Of a DNA stretch of 64,000 bases, positions 13,312-26,372 are shown in pieces. Below the pieces are notes generated by a model, which did not search any database, was not told where the DNA came from, and was given only the letters and a program-made list of their open reading frames with translations. Within the stretch, counting starts at the first letter, position 1. The number at the start of each line of letters is the position of its first letter. Source of the DNA: Octopus sinensis (lineage: Eukaryota); assembly GCF_006345805.1 (NCBI RefSeq), contig NC_043016.1, positions 9,486,001 through 9,550,000 on the forward strand, written 5' to 3'. Position numbers and translations under genes: made by a program.

Positions 13312-15494
13312 GTAAGCAGTGATTGGTGTTCTAGTTGAGGGTGGTGTTGAGGACATCATGTTATTCTGTTGAATCTGTAAGATTAAAAGCAATTTTCCAT
13401 GTGTATGTGTGTCACACACCATAAAGATTATCGTTTTATTTTTTACCTGTTTCAGTCCCAGTACTTATTTTTTTAAGTCTGGCACTTGTTCTATCAACCT
13501 TTTCTGCCAATCTGCTAAGTTATAAGGACATAAACAAACCTAGACCAGTCATCACATGATAGGGGTGAGGGAACAAACAAATATAACAAACACATACACA
13601 TTAGGCTTCTTTCAGTTTCCTTCTACAAAATCTACTCATTGCATTGGTTGACCTCAGACTATAGCAGAAAAAGCTTGGACAATGTGTCACACAATGCGAC
13701 TGAACCCAGAACCATGCCGTTGGAAGAGCCTGCTTCTTACCACACAACCATGACTGCTTTTTTCATATAACTGCATCTGCTGAAATGAAATGATGCTTGT
13801 GGGATACTAATCACATCAATTATTACATCATCTGTGTAATAATCTACTGTTTGTTCACCCATTATACTTTAGTTAGTAAGGGAAGTGGAGTAAAAATGAG
13901 GGATGGGAGGGTGAGTAGAGAAGAAAGAAGTGAGGAAAAAGTAGAGAAAGATGTATCATAAGGCCAAATGTGTTAGATGGTTAGTTAAAGGGAGATGTGA
14001 AGAGAGAGAAAAGAGTTAACAACATACTGTTGGGTGGGGAGGAAAAGGTAAAAGAGAAAGTGATATGTTTAGGATACAATATTTAACAGAGGGTGAGGTT
14101 AAAGAAAAGCAGATAAAGAGAGATGAGCAGCGGAGGCAGTTACATTAAGAGATAGACAGACAGACAGATAGCGTTTGTATTGTCAGAGTAGAGATACATC
14201 TACAAAGAAATAAAATGAGCTTTGTCACTGAAAACTAGAGTGAAAAGAATTTTTTTTTTATTGAACTAAATCTTTAATATTATATTTCTACCTGTTTGTT
14301 CACACATTACACTTTAGCTTGTTAGAGAGGAGGAGATGGAGTGAATGAGAGAGCAGATAGCCAGCCGATGCATTATGCTGTCACTCATGTGGTTAGTGGA
14401 AGTGAGAGGTGAAGAGAAAGGGAAATGTTAAAGGCATGAAAAAGGGAATTACATAGTTAAAAAGTTTGTTGATGTGGTAGAAAGAAAAAGAAATATTAAA
14501 GTGCTTAGCAGAGGGAAATTTTTAAATCATATTATTGTGACTGGAAGTGAAATAACTTAGCAAAATAAAAATGCTAATCATCCTTTCTTAAATAGTTTCT
14601 TTTAATTTTTTTCATTCTGTGGAATTTATATGGGTCCCACTAGTAATATTCTATTTTGGTTACACTAAAATACTCCTGGTATGTACATGAGAGTGGTTAG
14701 CAATAAGAATGGCAGCCAACTGTAAAAACTTTGTCGTAAAGGAATAGCATTTACAACAACAAAGCCTGGCTTTTTTTTTTCTGTGTTTCAAGAGATGAGA
14801 AAACTGACAAGTGGCAAGACCAGGAAGCAAAAACGGAAGATGATGATATTTTAAAACTGGGAAGTGCAGGTGAAGGAAGTAGGCTCCCCCAACTACATGG
14901 TTCTGGGTTTTATTCCCACTGCCGCACACCTTGGTCAAGTGTCATCTGCTATAACCCTGTGCTGACCAAAGCCTTCTTAGTGATTTGATTGATGAAAACT
15001 GAAATAAACTTGTTGTATATATATATATGTGTGTGTGTGTATTGCTGTCTCCCTGCTTTGCCATGTGAGAGTTGTAAAGCAAGTGTCATTGTTGTGCAAG
15101 CGGTGACCTTCGTTTCGAGTATGCTGAGAAAATATATCTGATCAAGAGGAAATATTACACACTTGGATACAAGTGAAGGTTGGCAACAGGAAGGGCATCC
15201 ATTTGTAGAAAATCCACTTTGACAAATTGTATTTTTACTCCATATAAGTGGATGTTAAAACAATGAAATTAGAATAAAAGAGAACACAATTCTGTAATTC
15301 ATTAAATGCCAGAGATGCAATACAGGTAGGTTTGTGAATACTGATGATGAGGGGAAACAGAGAAATGGATAGGAATTATGATTCTGTTGCTTTAACAAAA
15401 ACGGGGGGTTTTTTTGTTGTTTTTGTTTTTGTTTTTTCCATTTATTGTCCAGTCTAACTACAACTTAAATGCTGTTTTCTTCCATTTTTTGCAG

Positions 15495-15601
15495 ATGGCA
15501 ACAAAAAAGAGATGGAATCAGCCCGTAACATTCTTCAGGATTTAGCAGAAAAAGAACACCAGAGAGAGGATCAGCGGCTGTTATTTTTTTATGGGGGTGA
15601 G
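15495..15601 (+). CDS. NXN: Nucleoredoxin exon; phase 1/0
   Basis: ttttttgcag acceptor, gtaaat donor; (D)GNKKEMESARNILQDLAEKEHQREDQRLLFFYGGE. Confidence 0.9.
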
Positions 15602-17133
15602 GTAAATATCAAAAGATTATATATATATATATATGATATACAAATGCACACACACACACACACATTTGGCTTTATTATACAGACAGTAGTAAAGTATTTG
15701 GTATCAAAAACAGTATCCACCCATATACTAATGGTTGAATAGGTTTCATCCAATTCATGCCAGCAGACAAAAATGGATACAAAAACGATGATGCTTTTAC
15801 CAACATATACTATATTTCTATTTTGACTTTCGTATCCATTTAGGATGATTTTTGTTTAAAATTATCCTTCCTACTATGAGGCTGAGGGTGGAATCTGTTG
15901 GTTTGTAAATTAAAGTAAGCAGAGTTATGTACCTTGTCCAATGATGCCTAAGACATTTTTTTTTAATTTTTAATTGCTTAATCAGGAAGAAAGGGCAGCA
16001 CTTATGACTCTTTTCTGGTCTCCCAGACTGATAGGAGGAAATTGTCTCAAACCAGAGACCAGGCTTGAATACTTTTGATGGAATTCCATTAATTCTTAAA
16101 TTCCTGAGTTACTTTATATATGTCTCCTGATAAAAAAACTGGAGATTTTGATGAAATGCATCATGGTTTTCCCGTCCACTTTTCTGTGCTTGCATGGATT
16201 AGACAAAACTTGTTGAGGCAGATTTTCCACAGATGGATGCCCTCACCTGTTTTCATGGAAGAAATGAAGGATACCGCTTGTATGACAGTGACACTTTTTT
16301 ACATCTACCATGCAATGTCAAGGCAGGGAGGCTGTAAAGTAATACACATACATACACTCACATACTGTGTGGGCTTCTTCCAGTTTCTGTCTACCAAATC
16401 TATTCACAATGCTTTGATTGACCAAAGGTTATAACAGAATACACCTAGGGCCATTGTGTGCCCCTGGGTGCCATACAGTTGAACTAAACATGAAAGCATG
16501 TTATAGGGAAGCAACCTTGTTAGCACATAGCTACACCTGAATAACAATCATGAAAATTTGATTATTGTATAAATTTAGGTGAAATTTGATGATATGATGA
16601 AATGATTGTTGATGTATATTGTAAATGTGGTTTTTATTTGTTTTCATGTTACTTTCACATGCCCAAAGATAGATTGAATATATATTACTTTACTGCCCAC
16701 AAGGGGCTAAACATAGAGGGGACAGACAAAGGGATTAAGTCGATTATATTGACCCCAATGCGTAACTGGTACTTATTTAATCAACCCCGAAAGGATGAAA
16801 GGCAAAATCGACCTTGGCGGAATTTGAACTCAGAACGTAATGGCAGACGAAATACTCCTAAGCATCTCGCCCAGCATGCTAACGTTTCTGCCAGCTTGCC
16901 GCCTTCTTTAGATTGAATATAATTAAGTTGATTACATGTTTTCACATATTTACAAGATGTTGACTCTTAGACATTAATTTCCTATCTCAGGAATGAATTT
17001 GTGCTTTTGTTTATCTCTGTAACTTGGAAATTGTACAACTTTCATTAGAAAAGCATTCCAAGATATGCATTCATCTGCAATCAAAGATTTTGTAATGCCT
17101 ATACACTAACAGTTACCATTATTTACTCTTATT

Positions 17134-17235
17134 AGAATGTCACAGGAAAAAATCACAAGACTGATTTTTCATGCTGAGCCAACTGGCAAAAAACATAAAG
17201 ATAGACCAAGAATGAGATGGTTTGATAGTCTCAGT
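17134..17235 (+). mobile_element. Small RTE C-terminal remnant
   Basis: RMSQEKITRLIFHAEPTGKKHKDRPRMRWFD. Confidence 0.45.
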
Positions 17236-17970
17236 TAATTGTACTTGGTAAAGTGTAATGATGGTTGCTTCTGACTGGACCCTATAAAGGAGGTGCCTGA
17301 GGATGCTACCTTTATGGCCCTTCCAGGAATAGTGGGTGGATGGACAATAATTACACTACTCTCATAAACACACTAGAAGTTGAGACTCTACATTTAAATA
17401 TATGTTTTATTTTCATTCCTTACCATTCATTAACAAAACCATTGATATAAGAATCAACTATGTGATTAGCCCACTGCCACTCAGAATTGATGTATCCCTG
17501 CATAAATTCCATGTTGTGATATTGGACTTTGAGTTAATGCTACCCTAGAGCCAGGTGCCAGTGGCAGCAGCAAATTAAGTGATGGATTAAGTGTACTACT
17601 TAAGATCAGGAATGCTGGCTGATCCAAGGCTATGGTACCAGACACCCGAGCTGCTGTACAGTGAGATAGATCCTGCGGCCTCATAGTTACAAAGAAAATT
17701 TCCTGATCATGCCTGCACCTATAAATTGCTGTAACAATCATGTTTGAACTCATTATCATGTTATGAGTCATTCACAGCCTCATACACCTGCAATTTGTAT
17801 ACTATGTATTTTTAATGTCTTCAAACCCAGTTTTTCCCTACAAAAGCCTGGTTTGTTTGCTTGTTCAGTAAATCGCTAGATTATATTAACAATTTATGCA
17901 TATGCTTATAGCTGACTGCTCTCTCTTAATTGTAGCCACTCAACCGTAAATTAAGACCTGTCATATTTAA

Positions 17971-18181
17971 CCCTTTCATTACCGTATTTATTTTGAGATG
18001 TTCTGTGTTTCTTTCAATTACTTTAAATGTAACAAAGAATTTAGTAAAATAAAATTAAGCTCGTGTTAGGAACATAAATTGTGACTAAGGTTTAGTGGAA
18101 GATTTTGATTCAAAACTTATGAAAATAAGACATTTGCATCCAGAGCCAGAGCCGGTTTCAGCCGGGTTGGTAACTAAAGGG
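17971..18181. mobile_element. piggyBac-type MITE, same family as 4085-4299
   Basis: TTAA-CCCTTT...AAAGGG-TTAA. Confidence 0.85.
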
Positions 18182-19509
18182 TTAAGACTAGTGTCAGTGA
18201 GGTTAGTACAAATTATAACTGCTGTAGAGGAGGCATCTAAAAAAGATATTTGAATTTAGAGTTGTTGTGTTTTTATCCATTGCCATAGAGCACATTGGTA
18301 AAAAATATATAGAAATATTCATGTGAACAAATGCTATCACAAGATGATGCTACATCATTATCATCATTTAACATCCATTTTCCATTATGCCATTGATGGC
18401 ATAAGTTGGATGGATGGTTTGATAGGAACTTACAAGCCAGACAATTGTACCAAGTTCTGCTGTCTGCTTTGGCATAGTTTCTGTGGCCGAGTGATCTTTC
18501 TAATGCCAACCACTTTACAGGATGTACTAGGTGCTTTTCATCTGGCGCCAGCAGCAGTGAAGTAACCAAGTAACTTGCAAGACAAGGACCTCATGTGAGT
18601 GGGTGAGTTGTATTGAGGGAAGCAACTCTGCCAAGTAATGAGAGGTTAGAGTATGAATTGAAGGATAAGAAAAGGTGTCTTGCTGTAGAGATGAATGGCT
18701 TTACCAGTTGGAAAAAAGGTGAGGGGAGAGAAAAGATATATTTCTTTACTACTCACAAGGGGCTAAACACAGAGGGGGACAAACGGATTAAGTCGATTAC
18801 ATCGACCCCAGTGCGTAACTGGTACTTAATTTATCGACCCTGAAAGGATGAAAGGCAAAGTCGACCTCGGCGGAATTTGAACTCAGAACGTAACGGCAGA
18901 CAAAATACAGCTATGCATTTTGCCCGGCATGCTAACATTTCTACCAGCTCACTGCCTGGGAGAGAAAAAATAATGAAGGAAATGTGTTGAGGTATACCAT
19001 CAAGGTAAAAACGATAAAGACCCCCTTTGAGGCACAAGTCTGAGCCTGGTTTTTTGTGGATGACAAGCAGTTATCCACGCATACGAGTCTCCCCTCTCTA
19101 TGGCACTGATGTTACGCAAGGGAAAGGCAAAGGCTGATACAGCTTGGCATCAGTGTTGCCGCTTAGTGAATGGAGCAAAGTGAAATAAAGTGTCTTGCTC
19201 AAGAGCATAGCACAAGGCCTGGCTCAGGAATTGAATTCAAAACCTTACGATTGTAAGCCTGATGCTGTAACCACTGAGCTGTGCACCTTCACTACTATTA
19301 ATGTACAGTGGGTGAATATAACTGAGTTGGTAGAGAACTGGATAGGAAGTTCACAAGAGAGATAGAGGCTGGGTGGAGGTTAGGAAGATGTGTTGTTGGA
19401 GAGATTTGACCAAAATAGATTGGGGGGGGGCATGGATGGAAGCAGCATGCCTTTAGAGCCTCATTTTCACTATACCACTTGTTAATTTTGTATTCATTTT
19501 TGATTGCAG

Positions 19510-19704
19510 GATGAAATATGTGATTTCTTCCGTGACTATGCTGCACTTGAAGATCGAAACCCCCTTTTAGTGATCACAGACTGTCCTGAAGAGAAACTGT
19601 TTGTATGTTCTGAAACGACGATCACCTCTGAAGTAGCTGCAAGTTTCTTGGACGACTACTTCAGTGGCTGTCTCCCAGCTGAACCACTGTTGCTAGACTC
19701 GTGA
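19510..19704 (+). CDS. NXN: Nucleoredoxin last coding exon with stop
   Basis: tgattgcag acceptor; DEICDFFRDYAALEDRNPLLVITD...TITSEVAASFLDDYFSGCLPAEPLLLDS*; the six exons sum to 972 nt in one uninterrupted frame. Confidence 0.92.
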   Translation, partial: DEICDFFRDYAALEDRNPLLVITDCPEEKLFVCSETTITSEVAASFLDDYFSGCLPAEPLLLDS

Positions 19705-22700
19705 ACGGCGTACCAGTGTGAAAGGACAAGACAACCACTCATACTTGCATTGGTACATATGTGGCTGTATGGTGTGAAAATATCATCAAGTTCTTGATAG
19801 GGTGTGGTTCAAAACAATATCTCCTGATTACATTTTTAAAAAAAATTTTTTTTTTTTTTCCTAACATACAAAAGTTCAGAAAATGAGGTTGTTTAACGTA
19901 CTTGAATCTAAGAGACCCAATATAAGATGGTGGTTAGTTGGATGAGAGAGAGAGAGGGGATGACTGGATGTGGTTGATGGTTTGCAAATGTCTACTATTG
20001 ATTCTGTAAAAAGGTGAAAGTTGGGTGGTTGTCAACAGTACCCTGTGTGTAGATTGATTGTCTGACTGTGAGGTTTCTGAATGGTTCATTTCGAGTCTAG
20101 GTGTAAATGTCCTGATATTCCTAACTGATATGAAACAGCAGTCTTGGCTTGTATCTTTATTTTGAAGACCTTTTTCCTTCTTGGTTTTTTTTTTTTTTTT
20201 TTAATGTGTGCCAATATCAGGTTAGGGACATATGATTTGAGTCACTGACTCTTGAATATTTTTGTTATGACGTTTAGATGGGAAGACATTGAAAACATCT
20301 TAAGAAATGTTTATTGTTTCTCTGATCTCTTTATCAGCTACCTATCCCGAATATTTGCAATATAACAGGTAAAAAATACCCCAGTTTTTACTACTTCTGA
20401 GTGGCTGGTGGAAAATTGCATTAAAGCAAAGTGAAAAAGTTGTGGTAGGGATTATGAAAGCCCTAAGTAGACCAACTGTTGATTGGATAGATAACTATTT
20501 AGAAATAGATAGCCAGTGGAAGCTGAGATTTGATGGGTTTGAATTTTTATGACTCAGAAACTTTTGCTTTTGATGATGACGACTCTTTCTCTCCCCTCCA
20601 TATGTATGGAAGTTAGAATAGATGACGAGTGTGGTAGTGAAATGGGAGAAAAAAAATGTAATAATTATAATACTGGTCTGCTAGATGAATGTGAATCTGA
20701 AGGATGGCTAGAAGTATTTATGCAAAGAGAATGGTAAGGAATTTGAGGGTGTTCATAGTTTATTTAACCTTTACTTTTAGTTGAAGTATACTGGGTTTTT
20801 TTTTTGGGTTTTTTTTTTTGTTTCAGTTTCGAAATGAATTTTGATGAAATAATTTTTGTCATTAAACTGCTGTTTGAAACATAAATCAATATGAAATTTT
20901 TTGATATTAGGTTTTAATTTTAGACCATTTTACAATAAGAAGTTTGTATCATAGAACCAAAAGTGGTCTTGGGTAGATTAGTATCAAAAAAGGCTAATGG
21001 AGAAATCTAAGGAAAATTAAAAACGGTCCAACAAAAAAAAAAAAAATTCACAAGAGCTTATAAATGGTAACAAAAGTAGATGGAAATGAGGGTTTAAAGA
21101 AAGGATGTTCAAAGCACCCTAAAGTAGCTTCTGTGAACAAGAATTGAATGGCAACAGCCAAATATCGAATCATATTTTCCTTTATCTTTTATAATTTTTC
21201 ACAATCATTCTTACATATGTTCTTGGTATAAATACTGTTCATTTATTTTCATCTGACAGTTCAGTATAACATTTAGAAGTCCTTTTTTTTTTGTTTTCTT
21301 CTAACCTTATTCTTGTACTGGTTTTGGTTAGTAAACTGATTGTGGCCATGCTGAAGCACCATCTTCAAAGGTTTAGTAATTGTAATTAACCCCAGTACTT
21401 GTTTGAATTTGGTATTTATTTTATCGATCTTTGCTTCTCGAGTCATTTATGTTACAAGAACTGAAGGAACATAATGTGAGCATAATCAAATTTTAGACTT
21501 GTAGAGAAGTGTCTGCATAGTCTACCAAATACCAGTAATAAGGAACTAGTCAACTCAAGTCTTTAATAGAAGACACTTGCACAAGATCTCATGCAGTATG
21601 TTTGAACGCAGAACAAAGTGGTTGCAAAGTCAAACACTTTTTAACCAATGCACATTTCTTGTGTTGCATGACACCTGTGTAATAGATAGCCTTCAATAAT
21701 AATCATCATATAGTATCCAGTGTTTGTTTGATTGGTTCGTATTGTATTATTGGAAGATAAGCAATTACGGTGTGATGGCTGAATGAAAGAGATATTAGGA
21801 GTAATGAATGTAAAGATCTTGCATCAAAGGAGGATGTAATATGTATATATGTGTGTGTTGGTGTATCGAGAGAGAGATTATGGTCATCTAATTTATATCT
21901 GCATGAGAACAGCAATCACTAAAATGATGAGGGTTTACAAGACTTGAAAATTTTTGCCTCAGTTTTGCTTTAAAAAAAGTAGAACTGGTCCCTTTTTTTT
22001 TTTTTTTTTTTCTCTCTCCAACAAGATTTCCTATCTAATGCTGGATTTTAATGAAGGACATGCCTTTACCATTATTTAATGCGATACATGTTGTACATGC
22101 TTTAATTAGAACATATGGCTTTTTTTTTTTTTTTTTTACATCAATAGCGATATGAGTTTGAAGCATCACGCTGCATCACTTTACGACGTGTAGCTTACAC
22201 AGTAAAGAAGGGGAGACTCGGAAACTCGAAGCCTCTTCTGTTTTTTTAATTGACATTTTTATCAATTGATGTCTGTCGTAACCTCATTCACTTTGAATGT
22301 TTATTATGTTACAGTTACTGTTACTTATTTTATTGAGTGCAGAAAAAAAACAAAACAAAAAAAACAGTAGCCATGTCAACCCTGACAAAAGTCAAACCTG
22401 GAACAAAATCTAATGGCTCCATGTTTAGTATTTTAACTACTAAACCCACTGTCCTGTCCATATATATATACATATATATATGTACTCTTTAAATAATAGT
22501 ACTTTTTATTGTGTCATTTGATGGCATGCAACAAATTTGATCTAATACGATTTTTCTATGACAAACCCGGTTCTATTTTCACAACTTTTCTTTATGAACG
22601 AATGCCCCGAGCATCAAAGTAATTTATATTGTGTATCAAGTACACACTTGATACTGATGCCTGTAGGGTGTGTCTCAAGCCTGTATAAATTGTCCTCAAG

Positions 22701-24702
22701 CAACACACATACATGATGCTAATATATATTCATATAAGACACATGAAGCTAATATTACATATACATACATTAAAGTTTGATACCCGACATATACATTGCA
22801 CACATGCTCCTCGTCTGTTTTTTTTTTTTTGTCAATCAGTCTCACACACAGACTTCTACATGTATAAGAATGGACAGCTTTTTTTTTCTTTTTTTTTTTG
22901 CCCGTCTGTTCTTTTCATCTACATGCAAAAACATTATTAGTTTAAAGTATTTATCTGTACTTGTACTAAAAGCCACATTCGTAGATTCACAGGCAGATCC
23001 ACCTGTAAATTTCTTAAAAGTTTCTATCTAAATGTCACAATGTGCCATGCATATTAGCATTATTGTATACAACACATATATACTGCTGTGTAAAGTTTAT
23101 CCAAAGTAACCCTCGGGTACATCCACCTGTAACTTTTTTTTTTACACTTCTGTCTAAATGTCTAAAGATACTATGCATATAGTGTGCTTCTATGCAATAC
23201 ACATATATACCCGAATGTAAAAAAAAAAAATACAAAAAAGCACAATGGGTAGATGCACGGGTAGATCCACTCGTATTGTAACACTTTAGGTAGATTAATG
23301 GGTAGATTCATCGAAGTTTTTTCAGGTTTTTTTTTTTTTTAGTTTTTGTAAATTTTTTTGTCAACCCATGTGGCCCCTATAGCTTCCTTGTAAACAAATC
23401 ATGATAAACCCTTAAACCTTCTTAATGTTTGTAGAATCCTTTTATGGATAATTCTTGAGAAGACCCACTCATTTTCCTTTGTATTACATTTCTATACAAA
23501 TGTCAAAATATACATGACAAATCTTTGTAACACCTTGCATATATGTATATTATTTACCAACGTAAGAAATCAATATGGGTAGATTTGCTCATATATTTTT
23601 TATCACACCTCTATTGAAATAAGCTATGCATTCTGTTATTACTATTTCCTATCAGTCTTAAAACTTAACAACAACAATGAAATGATTTAAGTTTAGTCCT
23701 AATTCTAACTCTTGTCATCAACCTGAAAGCTATCAAGTAAGCTCCTAAACTTAAGCCCCAGTTCTGAAAACCCTAACTTTGTATACACAAAATCACACTG
23801 GGTAATTTCACAAGTAGATCTACCCGTATATTTTTATCACATTTCTATATAAATGTCAAAATCAGAACATTGAAATAAACCCTTTGCTATTTATTTTATT
23901 TTATTTATTTTATTTTTACTTTTATTTTATTTTTTTTTATTTTTTTTTTGTATTTTCTGATAAATAAATTAAATATTTATTACAAAATGATATCATTTAT
24001 GGTTTTTTATTTTTATTTTTCTTCACAGTTGCATAAAAATAATGGAATAAATTCTAATTGATACAAAGAAAATTAGAATGCTTTACAAATTAATTTGCAG
24101 ATAGGCTCAGGCATGGCGTTGTAGTAAGAAGCTTACTTCCCAAACCACATGGTTCCAGGTTCAATCCTACTGCATGGCACCCTGGGCAAGTGTCTTCTAC
24201 TATAGCCTCAGACCAACAAAAAACTTTGTCTGGATTTGGTACACAAAAACTGAAAGAAGTCTGTCATATATATATATATATATATATTTATATATGTTTG
24301 TGTCTGTGTTTGTCCAAACCCCCCCCACCCCCACCATCACTTGAAAACTAATGTTGGTGTTTTTACGTCCCCTGTAACTTAAAGGTTCAGCAAAAGATTG
24401 ATAGAATAAGTACTAGGCTTACTAATAAGTCATGGGGTCAATTTGTTTGACTAAAACCCTTTAAGGCAGTGCTCCAGCATGACTGAAGCAGGTAAAAGAA
24501 TTAATAAATTATAGGTGCAGGCATGGCTGTGGTAAGAAGTTTGCTTCCCAGCCACATGATCCCAGGTTCAGTCCTGCTGCATGGCACTTTGGACAAGTGT
24601 CTTCTATAACCCCAAGTCAACCATAGCCTTATGAGTGGATTTGGTAGATTGTAACTGAAAAGAGTTCATTATATATGTGTGTGTGTGCATATATATATAT
24701 AT

Positions 24703-25030
24703 ACAGAGATCCCCTTCGGTCATGACTGACTGTGGGATTGCACCTAGAAAGATACCCTCCGAGGCACAAGTCCAGGCAAGGTTGTTTATGGAAGACTAGC
24801 AGTCACCCACGCATACCAGCCTCCTCTCTCCACACCTCTACTGTTATCCAAGTAAAAGGCAAAGGCCAATACAGCTTGGCACCAGTGACATCGCAACTCT
24901 TTTCTACAGCTGAGTGAACTGGAGTAACATGAAATAAAGTGTCTTTCTCAAGAAGACAAATCCAGGATTCGAACTCACAACCTCACGATCATAAACTTGA
25001 TGCTCTAACCACTGAGCCATGTGCCTTCAC
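24703..25030 (-). repeat. tRNA-derived SINE (family D); related heads at about 11935(+), 19020(-), 28410(-), 44050(-)
   Basis: Minus strand starts gtgaaggcacatggctcagtggttagagc..gagttcgaatcc (A and B boxes). Confidence 0.75.
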
Positions 25031-25059
25031 ACACACGCACACATACATATATATATACA

Positions 25060-25720
25060 TATTTCAATTTAGAAATACTAAATCAAATTTCACAACATAT
25101 GATATATATCTATATATATTAGAAAAAAAACTCACCTTTTATCAATTCAACAAGGAAAAAATTAAATTATACATTATAGAAAAAAATTAAATATAAGATA
25201 AAAACATGTACCAGTGATTGAGTAATGTATAAAATAATAAATAAAGCGTATATATTTGGTAAAATGAGTACACGTGTTTCGTGGCTGTATTTAAGAAATG
25301 ATAACAGTAAAGTCAATTCAATTTAAATACAGCCACTCTTCAGGTCAAAGATAAAAACAATAAAATAATTAAATAAATAAATATACGTATATAATCTTGT
25401 AAAATACGAAATATCTTAAATATATTCTGGTGTAAATAAAAATAGAATAAAGAGGTATAAATATTTATTATATCTATAAAAATAAATTTTAACTTATATA
25501 AGAATAACGAACTATAATATATCATTACTAGAAAATAAAATACAATTAATTAAATTATTTAAAACAAATAAATATACATATATATAAAATACAAAATATA
25601 CATTAAGTGAAAACTAAAATACTATAATCTATATACATTAAATTAAATTATTTATTAATTTATTTATTTAATAAACATCTTGATGTATATTTTGTATTTT
25701 ATATATATGTATTTATTTGA
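25060..25720 (-). mobile_element. PLE terminal-repeat fragment, same family as 36985-37690
   Basis: Reverse-complement similarity to 36985-37665; short inverted segment at about 25680-25720. Confidence 0.8.
25265..25347 (-). ncRNA. Hammerhead motif, same family, perfect 14-bp stem II
   Basis: UGAC-CUGAAGA-GUGGCUGUAUUUAA/UUAAAUACAGCCAC-GAAA-CACGU-GUA|CUCA; one stem I mismatch. Confidence 0.75.
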
Positions 25721-25789
25721 AATCATGGTTTCGTTTCCCAGACCAAACAGCGTATTGTGTTCTTAAGAAATGTACTTCATTTCATATTG

Positions 25790-26040
25790 CTATGCAGAGT
25801 TGCAGAAATGCTTATGGTATATCTTCTGGCTCTCTCCATTCTGAGTTCAAATCCCACCTGTCTGGAGAAGGCAATGGGAAACCATTCAAGTATTCATTCC
25901 AAGTCATGGAAACCAAAGTTCCAGTAATCTATTTAATGGTGGAAGGGATGTGTACAGACTCTCCCTGGTCATATAGAGAGTGCTGGAGAAGGTCCACTTG
26001 AACAGGACCTGTCCAAGAGTGAACCAGGACTTAACTAAAT
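25790..26040 (+). repeat. SINE remnant with a Bov-B/RTE-like tail
   Basis: B box gagttcaaatcc followed by ggagaaggcaatgggaaaccattcaagtattc. Confidence 0.45.
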
Positions 26041-26079
26041 TTTCAGTGATATTCCATTCAGCCATCAAATTAGGTAAAT

Positions 26080-26372
26080 AAAACAGTTCTATATTTAAGA
26101 GATGAGGAATTATGTACATTATTTACATATGCCCACGGGCATATGGTGTAGTGGTTAAGAGTGCAGGTTACTAACCCCAAGATTCCGAGTTCAATTCCAG
26201 GCAGTGACCTGAATAATAATAATAATAATAATATCGAAAAATACCTTAGGAATGAGAACGCAGGTTCGAAATTTCCCCAAGACACCTGAAGAAGGCTGGA
26301 GGGTATATCAGCCAAAACGTTGTGTTAACAACAAACAAGATGAGGACAAATATCTGTCAAATGTAAATAATA
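26080..26372 (+). mobile_element. tRNA-derived SINE-like element carrying a hammerhead
   Basis: tRNA-like head 26137-26210 (A box TGGTGTAGTGG, B box GAGTTCAATTCC), (AAT)n spacer, hammerhead, inverted 3'-end copy at 26080-26127. Confidence 0.7.
26282..26325 (+). ncRNA. Minimal hammerhead motif inside a tRNA-headed element (G12 mutated to A)
   Basis: ACAC-CUGAAGA-A-GGCUG...CAGCC-AAAA-C-GUU|GUGU. Confidence 0.7.

Noticed and set aside
17481-17771. ORF containing MIVTAIYR, reminiscent of an APE endonuclease motif
   Set aside because: A single weak motif with no further support.
26137-26210. tRNA gene
   Set aside because: The acceptor stem does not close and it runs into repeat sequence; treated as a SINE head.
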